The notes under the pieces are model-generated. The model was not told the DNA's origin. It saw only the letters and a list, made by a program, of their open reading frames with translations, and made no database searches. A stretch of DNA of 64,000 nt from Marsupella aquatica (lineage: Eukaryota > Plantae > Marchantiophyta), in the NCBI GenBank assembly GCA_973895155.1, contig OZ316895.1, forward strand, positions 24,929,538 through 24,993,537, read 5' to 3'. Positions 52,300-64,000 of this stretch are shown in pieces (within the stretch, counting starts at the first letter, position 1; each line of letters starts with the position of its first letter). The translations under genes were made by a program, and so were the position numbers.

Positions 52300-53540
52300 G
52301 AGAATGTACGCTAAGGTGAAAGTGTTGGCAGTTCGCCTCTTTGCCAGGCTTGGTAACTCATCTGTGCTTTCTCTGCAAGCTTTTGAGGTCAGTACTGTGC
52401 CCAGACTAAACTTCTCGGGGACATGGCAGGGCTACGTTTCTTGTTTTGGTTACCATACTTCAGCTTTGGTGAGATTGGAACCGGTTCAGCTGGGTTAGGT
52501 CTTTGTGTAGTTTGGATTGTTGTGATGTGCGACCTCACGGATGTTAAAAGAATTTGCCTTCTTTGCTTTGCAAGGTGTACTTTAGAGTGGCTCACGTGGA
52601 AAATTGTAATATGTAAGTGATGGAAAGAAAGGTGCTAAGTTCGACGTTCCGACCTGCAGATGGGAAGGTGCATATTGCTAAGATACCCTCTTGATGAGAT
52701 TGTAACACTATGCTCGTATCTCTCACAATGCTTGCCGCTGGGTCCAGTGTTATTATGGGGAACCAGGTACAACTCGCCTCTCCCATATAGCACGATTTTC
52801 CGTTATACTCTTCCAATTGAGCCACATTGACAATTTGTAAGGCTAAGCTTCACTAAAATACGTCCTGGTACTTTCAGGTGGATGTCCTACCTACTTATAT
52901 TGCCGGTGACCCTTGAATGAATGTCCGTGCTGTAGCTCTGAAATGTTTAAGCAAGTTGGTCCCACAAGTATTCTGCGGTATAGAAGCTAGCGACAATATC
53001 TTCGAGGGAGTTTTTGCAGTTGTGCAAGATATGACTGTACCATCAACTTTGCATACACTTGCACTTCGAGTTATTCAGAAGGTATTTGTAGTTGTGACGC
53101 ATAGTTGTCGATCAAGAAATTCAGGAACTCATACAAAATGTTTTGTGCAGCCCCTTGTCAAGATTGTATCCTGTTCATAACTGCAATTTGCAGAATTATG
53201 TTATGATCCAATGTCTCCAGAAATGTGTCCTTTGGCGCAACTTTCCAAATTGGCTCCTTAAGTTACTTAACTACGTTTTGTCCTGACATCATTTCAGCTG
53301 TTTCATCAACACTGGAGTTCGCACATCTACTTCGAATCATCTCATGGATAGAATTGGCTGCCTTCTGTGATGTTTGGCCGGTTATCGCACAGGCACTGTC
53401 ACTTTTAGTCGATGAGTCCGCGATATCAAGAAACTTAAATTGCAGAGTGGGCCTTCAGATCACTGGGCAGAATTTGATGGAGTTAAGCACGCGAGTATGC
53501 TTTCTTTTGTGTGATCAAGCGTCTGTAACTGGTTAAGTTG
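52300..53540 (+). pseudogene. Multi-exon fragment of an ARM/HEAT-repeat gene, possibly Integrator subunit 7-like
   Basis: Exon-like pieces YAKVKVLAVRLFARLGNSSVLSLQAFE, VDVLPTYIAGDP*MNVRAVALKCLSKL...LHTLALRVIQK and LFHQ/VSSTLEFAHLLRII... with GT/AG borders. Resembles plant INTS7 from memory only. Confidence 0.5.
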
Positions 53541-55039
53541 CAAGGAGATCCTGAGAAATGTAGATTTTAATTACGCAGACATTAATTGACGAGCTACACG
53601 TACTGGATGAATCAGTGGACACTTTTGACAGACTTGCTTACGCTGCGCCATTGAACTTAGCCATAAGGACGTTCGATCTAGCCTCTCTATGACTATTTTA
53701 TGCCGGTGAAGCCAATTATCACAGATTTCTTTAGATCACCTCGGAATGAAATCGGAATGAAATCTTCAACTGAAATCGGACTCCGCAGCCATGTGGATCG
53801 GGGTTGCGAGCTTGTAGGTTTCGTCATGCGAGGTAACAAGGTCGGTGGCTGGATCGGATGGCACCCTAAACGCTCCCAAGAGAATAATTGAAGTCTTGTT
53901 TACTGGTAGCCTTACATGATTGGATAGACTGCCTAAGAGTCAGAGTTAGATTTTTGGGATACCTTGAAGGTAGGTAGTTCGCTACTCATGGGAGGAGCCA
54001 CTTACGAATTGAACAACTATCAGAGGAAACGCAAGCAATTGTCTTCTAACTTAATGATGGAGTTGCAAAACGTCGGATTGCTCACATCTTGTTGTCGATG
54101 GTCACCAAACCAACAAAGTAAAGCAGCTAGAGAAGCTTACCGGGGGAGTGGAACATACCGTTTTAAAGTCTGGAAACTTCAGCCATGACAATCTTAAGGC
54201 TCTACGTACAATAACTGCATTGTAACTTCGCGGTCTTCACTAGCCAGCAAGAAGCTGCGGAGGTCTAATGGAAATCCAAATTGGTTCTCAAAGAGCATCG
54301 ACGTCGGGAGTCGAGTTGTACATGGTATCTCACGGAGCACCGAACAAGAAGCAATGATATATATCCCACAGGTTTGATGGCAAGAGCAGTGCGAATACTA
54401 GCCTGTAATCATTCGTGGGAATATTTTCACTATATTTATTGGACTGAGCATCAATTCCGCTTCTCTCTCATTGGTACATATTTCTGTACAAACTTCTTTA
54501 GGAAGACTTCCCATCGCCGAAAAGTCAAGAACGCATTCTTGATTGGCTTCAGATCAATTGCAGGTGCGAAAACTTACAAAGAGAAATCAATGTGGACCAT
54601 CATTTTCTCGATGTTTTTCAACTTGAGTTGTATTTTCCTTAGATGGGGAAGGTGGCGACTCAAAGTTCACACCCACCACGGCCAATTATTTCTCAAATAC
54701 CAGGAATTCATAAGTTAGAGAGGAGAAGTCTTATAACCCTGTCCCAGTGTATGCTTTTCCTAGGCTTAGTTGGTAGGACAATTATTTGGGCCTTTAGTCT
54801 AACCAAACATAGATCAACCACAATAATTTCCAATGCTGCCAAAACAGAGACAGTTACTCCTTTGTTTACAGTCTAGCTTTTGGAGGGAGTCCATCATAGG
54901 TTTCCAAATTTATTCTCTCAGATTCTTAATCTTATCTTAACCTCTATAATATTCAATCCAGCCAAAAAGAGTACTATGTGGTCCATATACAAACTAGCTT
55001 TTTGGAGTGAATCCATGATATCCTTCTCATTTGTTCTCT

Positions 55040-55332
55040 ACAATTCATATGAGTCCATTTCTAAGTATGCGGAGGCCTCTCAAGTGTAATGAGTACAATT
55101 CATATGAGTCCATTTGATAGAGTGAATTATCTGAAAATGGGGCAGGCTATAAACTAAAGCAAATGTATAAGAGTATGTGGCTCAAGTGTAGCTAGTAGAT
55201 TTCATATGAGTCCATTTGATAGAGTGAATTATCTGAAAATGGGGGCAAGCTATAAACCAAAGCAAATGTTTATTAAGAGTACTTGTCTCAAGAGTAGACA
55301 GTTAGTACAATTCATATGAGTACATTTGATAG
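55040..55332. repeat. Tandem repeats with core TTCATATGAGTCCATTT
   Basis: Four recurrences. Two extend into GATAGAGTGAATTATCTGAAAATGGGG... Confidence 0.8.
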
Positions 55333-55957
55333 TGGTACAGGATGTGCAAGTTATATAGGTACAGCCTACACTTAATCAGATAGGTATAGCATGATGGCTA
55401 GGGATGGAGAAAGGCGGATGACCAAAGTGAGTTATTTTTTTTCATTTTTGGAAAGGTTTTCCCTCTTTCCATATTAATGTTTTTTAGGAGGTGGGGAGAC
55501 AGTTTTTGGAACGTTTGTTGCCATTTTGTGTTTTTTAAGAGGTCATATTTGTTTTTTGGTTGGTGATTGTGTGGTGGGGCTTTTCTTCCTTTGGGGAAGG
55601 AAGCTTGGTTGGTTGTTGCATGTATGGAGGCCAATGGTGGTTATTTATCAGTCTTGGCCCCTCTTGACTCTCTTCAATCCCTCTTAAATACCTGTCCTAC
55701 CCTTTCTCCCTCTCCCCTTCCTTTCCCAGGCCTCTCCACACTGGCCAGACCGTGGCAGCGCCTAACTGCCCGATGAACTGCCCACACCTCCACCCATGAC
55801 CGACTCCATGGCCATCAGACCCCACCCTGTGTGTCTTCTTCCCTTATTTCACCCTTTTGCTCTCCTTTGCTCTCCTTTTGCCCACCTTCACTTCGCAACT
55901 CCTCCATGGGCGTGTCTAACATCACAAGTCCTCTTAATTTAAATTGTTGAGGCAATC

Positions 55958-57178
55958 TGTACATATCTTCTCCGCACAGCCTCGGGGGTCTCACTATATG
56001 GGGACCTCCCCATCACCTGCGATGTTTTTAGGCCTTGGACCCCCTAAAATGAAAGTTTAAAAAAATAAAATTAACCCCTATAAAGATGGAATATTCCAAA
56101 AATTGGATTCAAAAGACCCTACTGTTCTTCTACAATTTTTTTTTAAGTGTTCATACACCACTAGCATTCATGGCGACTCACTTGTAATGCCGCACTCCCA
56201 TAACATTTCCAATTAAAGTCTTTTGCAGCTATAACATTCATGTTGAAACCATTGGACTCCGTTACCATCAAAAGTGTCACCATTCAATTAGGTTCGTGAG
56301 AAATACAAAGGAAACAAAGCTTGGTCAATGCTTCTAGAATTCCCGTACCAGCCTTCAATCTGGTTCCTTAATGTGCTTGTCACCTTCAAATTCCCTTCTG
56401 CATTATTGTTGGGTTGGTATTTTTGTCGGGAAGCATTCATTTGGCCTTTGAGAATTCCCGTCGCTGGCCTTCAATGTGGTCCTTTACAGTGCTCGCCATC
56501 TCCAAATTCCCTTCTACGTCTTGAATCTTGCGTTGCTTGGATGGTGTACTGACGTCGTCAATAATTGCAGCAAGTGATGGATTAGAGTCATTGTCGGATG
56601 CAGTCTTTGAGCGAAGGCGTTTCCGAATGGTTACGTTTTTTATGCTTACTGGTGGTTTAGGGTCCTGAATCTTGCGTCGCTTGGATGGCGTACTGACGTC
56701 GTCAATAATTGCAGCAAGTGATGGATTCGAGTCATTGTCGGATGCAGTCTTTGAGCGAAGGCGTTTTCGAATGGTTGCATTTTTTATGCTTACTGGTGGC
56801 AGTGGCATGGTTTCAGGCCGAGTTTGTAGTGATGGAGCTTGTCTTCTGTACAACATCCATGGTTGCGGTATTCATGCCTTGCTACTCACCTCCATCTGTG
56901 TTGCAACTCCATTCAGACACTCCTAGGACCCAAATCACCTTCAGTGTCCAACCCACCATACAAGACTCTTATGTAAAGGCTGTGTCTCACATGCGATGCA
57001 TGGTATGTCTCCAAGTTTCAGCATATGGACTCCCACAACATTTCCGGTTAAAGTGGAGGCTCCCATAACATTTCCGGTTAAACCGTAGACTCCCATAGCT
57101 TTCATGTTGAAACCTTTAAACTCCGTTAGCATCAAATGTGTCACCATTCAATTTTGGACGTGGGAAATGAGATACAAA
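55958..57178 (+). repeat. Diverged partial copy of the start of the long repeat (equivalent to 10549-11667), interrupted by a MITE half
   Basis: Starts TGTACATATCTTCTCCGCACAGC and resumes at ~56140 with sequence homologous to ~10765 onward. Has an internal ~125-bp duplication at 56525-56790. Confidence 0.88.
55981..56135 (+). mobile_element. Left half of the same MITE family as 2684-2980
   Basis: CTCGGGGGTCTCACTATATGGGGACCTCCCCATCACCTGCGATGTTTTTAGGCCTTGGACCCCCTAAAATG matches 2684-2754. Right TIR absent. Confidence 0.88.
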
Positions 57179-57366
57179 TTAAAGAAGACCAGGCTTCCTG
57201 ATTAGAACTAATTCACTCTGTACAGTTGTGATATATTATTTACTTTCTAGACTCAATGCTAATCCACACTCGGGTCTATACCCGATCCGCCTCAAACTCT
57301 TGGGCCCGTAATGCCAGGTGTTGTAATTCAGCTTCCTCCCGTTGTTGCTGCTCCTCAGCCTACGCC

Positions 57367-57730
57367 TGTATATATCTTCTCTGCACAGCGCGTGCAATGA
57401 GGCCTGTACATATATATACATTTTCGTGCAGCCTGTACATATCTTCTCCTCACTGCGCGTGCAATGAGGCCGGTCTTCTGGCCATTTCAGGGAGCCTAGT
57501 GCACGGTCTCCTACATGCACTGCACGGTCTTGACGTTTCAACATTTGGACTCCCACAACATTATTATTAAAGCCTTTAAACTCCGCTAGTATTGATTAGG
57601 GTTACTTACGGCTGGTTACCGTAGGCTCCCATAACATTATTTTTGAAGTATTCATACACCACTAGCATTCATGGTGGCTCACTTGTAATCCCGCACTCCC
57701 ATAACATTTCCAATTAAAGTCTTTTGCAGC
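57367..57730 (+). repeat. Another partial copy of the repeat start (equivalent to 10549-10855)
   Basis: Starts TGTATATATCTTCTCTGCACAGCGCGTGCAATGAGGCC and ends AAAGTCTTTTGCAGC directly before telomeric repeats. Confidence 0.88.
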
Positions 57731-58189
57731 TTTAGGGTTTAGGGAGTTCTGTGTTGAGTTGGGATTAGGAGGTTGAGAGTGTGGGGGGTTGAGGGAGTTG
57801 TGTGTTGGGGTTGGGATGGGGAGGTTGAGAGGAGTGTTTTGGGGGAGGTGTGTGTTGAGTTGGGATTAGGAGGTTGAGAGTGTGGGGGGGTTAGGGAGTT
57901 GTGTGTTGGGGTTGAGATAGAGAGGTTGAGAGGAGTGTTTTGGTGGAGGTGTGTGGGGTGGGGGGTTGAGGGAGTTGTGGGGTTGGGATGGGGAGGTTGA
58001 GAGGAGTGTTTTTGGGGGAGGTGTGTGTTGAGTTGGGTTTAGGAGGTTGAGAGTGTGGGGGGTTGAGGGAGTTGTGTGTTGGGGTTGGGATGGGGAGGTT
58101 GAGAGGAGTGTTTTGGGGGGTGGGGGGTTGAGGGAGTTGTGTGTTGGAGATGGGTTGGGGAAGTTGAGGGAGTTGTGGGGCTGGGATGC
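57731..58189. repeat. (TTTAGGG)2 followed by a G/T-rich satellite
   Basis: TTTAGGGTTTAGGG at 57731-57744, then modules such as GGGGTTGAGGGAGTTGTGTGTTGGGGTTGGGATGGGGAGGTTGAGAGGAGTG. Related to the reverse complement of 18660-20118. Confidence 0.9.
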
Positions 58190-61100
58190 TGTATATATCT
58201 TCTCTGCACAGCGCGTGCAATGAGGCCGGTCTTCAGGCCATTTCAGGGTATTTAGGGACCGCGGTGCATGGTCTCCTACATGCAGTGCACGGTCTCAACA
58301 TTTCATTATTTGGACTCCCACAACATTATTATCAAAACCTTTAAACTCCACTAGTATTGATTAGGGTGACTTACGGGTGGTTGCCGTAGGCTCCCATAAC
58401 ATTATTTTTTAAGTGTTCATACACCACTAGCATTCATTGTGACTCACTTGTAGTCCCGCACTCCCATAACATTTCCAATAAATGTCTTTTGCAGCTATAA
58501 CATTCATGTTGAAACCATTGGACTCCGTTAGCATCAAAAGTGTCACCATTCAATTTGGGTTCGTGAGAAATACAAAGGAAACAAAGCTTGGTCAATGCTT
58601 CTAGAATTCTTGTACCAGCCTTCAATCTGGTTCCTTAATGTGCTCGTCACCTTCAAATTCCCTTCTGCATTATTGTTGGGTCGGTATTTTGGTCGGGAAG
58701 CATTGGCCTTCGAGAATTCCTGTCGCTGGCCTTCAATCTGGTCCTGACTGTGCTCGCCACCTCCAAATTCCCTTCAATCTGCATCTTGAATCTTGCATCG
58801 CTTGGATGGCGTACTGACATCGTCAATAATTGCAGCAAGTGATGGATTAGAGTCATTCACTGTCGGATGCAGTCTTCGAGCGAAGGCATTTCCGAATGGT
58901 TGCATTTTTTATGCTTACTGGTGGCAGTGGCGTGGCATGGTTTCAGGCTGAGTGTGCAGTGATGGAGCTTCTCTTCTGTACAACATCCATGGTTGCGGTA
59001 TCCATGCCTTGCTACTCACCTCCATCTGTGTTGCAACTCCATTCAGACACTCCTAGGACCCAAATCGCCTTCACTGTCCAACCCACCATACAACACTCTT
59101 ATGTAAAGGCTGTGTCTCACATGCGATACATGGTATGTCTCCAAGTTTCAGCATATGGACTCCCACAACATTTCCGGTTAAAGTGGAGGCTCCCATAACA
59201 TTTCCGGTTAAACCGTAGACTCCCATAGCTTTCATGTTGAAACCTTTAAACTCCGTTAGCATCAAATGTGTCACCATTCAATTTTGGACGTGGGAAATGA
59301 GATACAAAATTTTGGACGTGGGAAATGCCCATGTGCTCAGATGGGTATGTATGTTTCAAATTACAGTATTTTGAAGGTTGGGGGTTACGAGGGATGGGGT
59401 ATTCCAAAACGCACAGCCACCATGTGTTGGGGTAATGCAAGTGCCAATGTGCTCCGAAGGGTATGTATGTATCAAATTACAGTATTTTGAAGGTTGGGGG
59501 TATGAGGGATGGGGTATTCTAAAATGCACAGCCACCATGGGCTGGGGTAATGCAAATTAATGCCCATGTGCTCTGAAGGGTATTAATAGGATAATGTCCT
59601 GGTTAGAGGGCATTGTGGGATATAATGCCCGTAACTAGGACATTTAATGTACGTAAAAACTTGAGTGACTTTTTGGTAACAAACAAGAAAAAGTGAATCC
59701 CTGAAATAGAAAATTCAAATTAAAGGGTCATCCAAGAAGTGGTTGCTATGGAATTGGCCAAAAATATACCTTCTTTAGTTATATTAGATTCTATTCATAG
59801 ATATTGTGTTAGTATCAGGTAGGTGTTTTGTATAATCCCCTCCTCAAAAAAAGGGGTGCATTATGGAGAATTAATGCACTCAAATATACAAAGAGAAAAG
59901 CCACGAAAGTCTTTACGTATCAAAATTACAGTATTGAAGGTGAAGGGGGGTACGTGGGATGGGGGTATTCTATAACGCACAGCCACAGTTGAAGCCACTT
60001 TGATAAGTGATTACTCAGTTGAACAATAGGAGAGCAATGCTGCTCTAAGTGGAATGTCTTATTTTGTTTACGAGTGGAATGTCTTGTTTTGTGGACTACC
60101 GTAAACAGACATGTTCATTAATGAAGAAATGCGGTGCTGGTCAGACTGTCCTCACTGTTGTTTTTATAAAGTGGGATGAGAAGCTATTGACAAACCACAT
60201 CATCACTGACCACACACACTCTTACTGTATAATAATCAGAAGTACTCACTGTACTGTCCAGTAGTCTGCGTTTTTGGATTAGTTGTGATGATTTCTGTTC
60301 AGTCTGCTACTATAAGGAGGTTGAATGGGCAACCTTCCAGTATGGGTGAAGGTTTTTTCGGGAACAAACAGGCACAGCAGGGTAGTATGGTTGAATTGCC
60401 TAATCTATCTTGTTGTGGGCATTGTATTGCACCTCGCGCTAACCCTTGGTACACTCTTAATCTTAAAAGGTGTTCATCTGTAAAGGCCAAGTATTCTGAT
60501 AAACCCACACAACACTATTGAAAGAAAAGGAACAAGGTTTAGGGTTTAGAGTATTCTGAGAAAACCACACACTGTTGACACTGTTTACATGATAAATGGC
60601 CATTGTCAGTAAGAGATACAAAAGTTGAGGTCATGTAATGCGGTATTATGGTTCATATTATTTAGGAAATTGGGCCATATACGTGGATATCATGCACAAG
60701 CTAGGGTAATCTAATAATCGAGTAATGTACAACTAAGGTTAATGTTAGGAATACATCCGAACCTCGGGGTAATCCAATCACAAAGCAATGTACTAGACAA
60801 GTTAATCTTAGGATATTGTGCCATACACACGGATACGAAAGTTGGGGTAATCTTATCCATCAATAAATATACATTAATTAATGTTTAGGATTTGTGCCAT
60901 ACACATGAATACAAAAGCCGGGGTAATCTTATAATCAATAAAGTACTAGTAAGGTTAATGTTTGGAAATTGGCCACACCCATGGATACAAAGCTGGGGTA
61001 ATCCTACACATAGATACGAAGCAAATGCCGGGGTAATCTAATAATCATAATTAAAGTACAAATGAATGTATTAAGGAATGTACTAAGCTGGGCTGTAAAA

Positions 61101-62243
61101 ATGTGGGGTTTTACATACATGGACACAAGACTATAAACGTGACGAAATGATGTAATCATGCAGGTCAGGTAAAGTAGGAAGATTGTTTGTTACACCAACA
61201 GTCTTCGGCCACAAATGAGTTTTCGGCCACAAATGAGGTGTTGTACAACACATTTGTTATGTCATACAGCCATCCATTTGAGTAGTGTTTTTTTATCTAG
61301 ATGTAAGTGTCCAGTGTGAGGGAAAATTGGCAGGTCATGTGGGACTGGGGAAAATAAATTTTGATTTGTGTGAAGTGCGGCTCACACGTCGCTTCTAGGT
61401 TCTGAAAATCTAGGGTTGATGGTAAAAATGAAAATGTATAATCTGAGTATGAAATAGATACGGAGGTGTCGAGGAGTAAAACTAGACCAGACCAGAATGG
61501 GGCAGGGGGAGTTTAGGGTCCATTTATATTGAATGTAATGAGAGAATTGTTTACTAGAATAAATGGTACCCCATATTTAAATAACGTGTCTATTGATCGA
61601 TACCCAGGAAAGAAAATACCGTCCTATCTTCTTTGCACTTCAACCGATGCACAATGCTTGCCTTTCTAGAGAACAAGGTAGCCAAAACAAATTCACCGAA
61701 GAGAATAGATAGTTCAAAACTCCTGACTCTAATTTACAAATACTACAAAAAAACATTTGACTCTTACCTGAAGTTTTCCTATCGTCTAAAATCTTAAAGT
61801 TTCCCTTTCCTGAAGCTCAAATTGTTTTTCCTTCCCTGCCCTTCCTCAAGTTTTTTTCCCTAGCGCCTGAAGCTGGAGTTTTTTTTTCCTTCCCCCCTGA
61901 CGGTGAAGTTTTTTTTTCTTCCTGGAAAAAGCTGAATTTTTTTTTGCTTGCTTTGGTTTTTGCTGTTTTTCTTCTCCCCCACTTTCACATTATGTAGGTT
62001 TGTACATCATGTGCGAAAAAAACTAGGATACAATGTATGGATTTGATGAAAAAAATCACCTCTGGTTTAGGGAACCAATATAGAGCAGGTAAATTCAGGC
62101 ATGTACTTTGGCTGGTATTTGTCCCTGCAATACCCAAAATGCTGGTCCGGTGAGGTTTAGGGTCTTTTCAGTACGTTTGGAGTCCTTCTACCGGCGCAGG
62201 GCGCCTTCATGGGGTCCCTGCCCGCTTTGTTGCTTGCTATGAC

Positions 62244-62730
62244 TAATAAAAGTACCCTCATTAATAAGAGTACCCTCATGGACAAGGCCCAACACAAGGA
62301 TACCCTTAGGAGATAAGAGTACCCTCACTGATAAGGGTACCCTCATTATCAAAGTACCATTGTTGATAAGTGTACCCTCATTGATACTTAAGAGTACCCT
62401 CATACGCAAGGGTACCCTCAGGAGATAAGAGTACCCTCATTGATAAGGGTACCCTCACTGATCAAAGTACCATTGTTGATAAGCGTACCCATTGATAAGA
62501 GTACCCTCGCTGATAAGAGTCCCTCGCTGATAAGAGTACCCTCGTTGATAAGAGTACCCTCAAGCACAAGGGTACCCTCAGGAGATAAGAGTACCCTCAT
62601 TGATAAGGGTACCCTCATTGATCTAATTAAGTACCATCGTTGATAAATGTACCACATTGATAAGAGTACCCTCACTGATAAGAGTACCCTCATGCACAAG
62701 GGTACCCTCAGGAGATAAAAGTACCCTCAT
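62244..62730. repeat. 18-bp minisatellite, copy 2
   Basis: Same array as 14635-15121 with essentially the same order of variants. Confidence 0.95.
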
Positions 62731-63372
62731 TCACATGGGGAGCAATGAAAATAGGGATAATTGTAACCACGTCCAAAAGGTGAGATCTGTGATCATAGCC
62801 ATTCAAAAATACTGTCCTTCAAAACCTTGAGGACTTTAGTTTAAGAACTTTTCTAACAAACAGTTCAAGAATGTTTTTATAACAAAGAATCCAATAAAGT
62901 GTAAACTTTAATTTTATGGTGTTCAATTTTTTTAGATTTTCCCACACTATAGCAAACAAATCCACTGAATTTGTTTATTCTAATTCCAATTCAGTAAATA
63001 TTACAATTCCGGTCAAATAGTACACGAACCATTTCAGATCTGAGTACCGAAATGCCGTAAGTTGTAATTTTTATCATTAGATTTATGAATAATTCAACAT
63101 GTAGGTGGGGAGAAAGGGGGAATTTTGATGTTGAGGTACTCACCTTCATAAATCTACTATTGATTTGTCCCAAGGAGTGTACAGTTCTTTCCTTGGTCTC
63201 GCCTCAATATTTGTACAATGTTGGCATGAATGACACTGCACAGAACACTAAAAGGATTTAGTGTCTTGAGGATGACCAAAAACAATGACAAGAAACCTGA
63301 AACTGAAACTCATTTGTCCAAGTGCATGTAGAGCTTCATATCATTGGCAACAATAGTGCTTGAAGCCAACTT

Positions 63373-63876
63373 ACTTTTGAATGACGTGTAAGGCAATATC
63401 TTGTGAAAGAGGGCCGATAGCTTCCCAACTACTAAAGGAAGTAGATTTTGCACTCACAAAGTCATCCCAACAACCAGATCCCCTTGTGCAATCTGAGAAA
63501 CGTGGAGTATTCAATAAAAAGTTCAAAGCAAAATGTAATAAAACCATCATAAACTCAATATAATGAAATGTAACCATGTCCTTTGTGATAAATTCTGCAA
63601 ACCCTTCTGCTTTTTAAATATCTACTAATTAAAAGGAAAAGGATAATACACCAGAATTTACTTCAAAACTCACTGTCAATCATGTTCTCCGAACAATAAG
63701 AATGATAGGGAGGGAAAATGTCAACCTGGGCATACGCCCAAGTCAGGGTGTGAAGCTTAATTTTCAGGATCCTGGAATTGTGGCCGGAGAGAGGCAGCTT
63801 GCAGCAACAAGTGCTTCAGGCTTCTTCCTCATCAGCATAGCCAACACCACTAGGAGACCAACCTAGAGCAAGTACA
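63373..63876 (-). pseudogene. TMEM214 (DUF2359)-like fragment, copy 2
   Basis: Duplicate of 15763-16265. This copy keeps the base (ACTAAAGGAAG) that holds QNLLPLVVGK in frame. Confidence 0.7.
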
Positions 63877-64000
63877 GGTCGAGCTCCCTCCTTGTTTGTG
63901 TAGTTCAATGTTCTGACCATGTTCAATGTGCTGCATTCCCTTGGGTTTGGATGATCTTCCCTTGGCAGAAATGAGTCACATTCCAGAGTTACTCCATGCA

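Larger units (their letters stand above)
58190..64000 (+). repeat. Long direct repeat, copy 2 (runs off the right edge)
   Basis: Near-identical to 10549-16389. The ORF track shows identical spurious ORFs at a matching offset (e.g. 11256/58896, 12641/60285, 14579/62188). Confidence 0.97.

Noticed and set aside
54281-54718. 145-aa ORF
   Set aside because: No recognisable domain in any frame.
58190-64000. Pure assembly duplication of 10549-16389
   Set aside because: The copies differ by SNPs and indels (e.g. a ~35-bp subrepeat at ~13280, a 5-bp indel at ~12441/60081, 1 bp at ~15826/63437) and have different left flanks. An uncollapsed haplotype cannot be fully excluded without reads.

Overview
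Eukaryotic land-plant DNA, most likely a moss or other bryophyte (inferred from the gene fragments, TTTAGGG repeats and a fungal-like Ty3/gypsy lineage). No intact host gene was recognised. Positions 1-10.5 kb are nested retroelement debris: a minus-strand Ty3/gypsy pol is split by a 4.3-kb TG...CA element with a 5-bp TSD, whose single ORF is in turn split by a 297-bp MITE with an 8-bp TSD. A block of at least 5.8 kb starting at 10549 recurs almost identically from 58190 to the window end, defining a ~47.6-kb unit. That unit contains: (i) an intronless ~1650-codon gene fusing zinc fingers, a predicted tyrosine-recombinase domain and a RecQ-type helicase, like fungal telomere-linked helicases, broken by one stop codon; (ii) two AT-rich paralogous 2OG-Fe(II) dioxygenase genes resembling the TET/JBP family; (iii) about ten truncated host-gene fragments (TMEM214-like, NIP aquaporin, CXIP4, PP2A B', PI-PLC, TL29/APX4, PLS-PPR, LRR-RLK, NADK2, INTS7-like); and (iv) telomere-like seeds and strand-asymmetric satellites. 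The main hypothesis (inference) is a giant cargo-carrying plant mobile element mobilised by a YR-RecQ enzyme and carrying its own putative DNA-modifying or anti-silencing enzymes. All family assignments come from visual motif recognition, not database searches.
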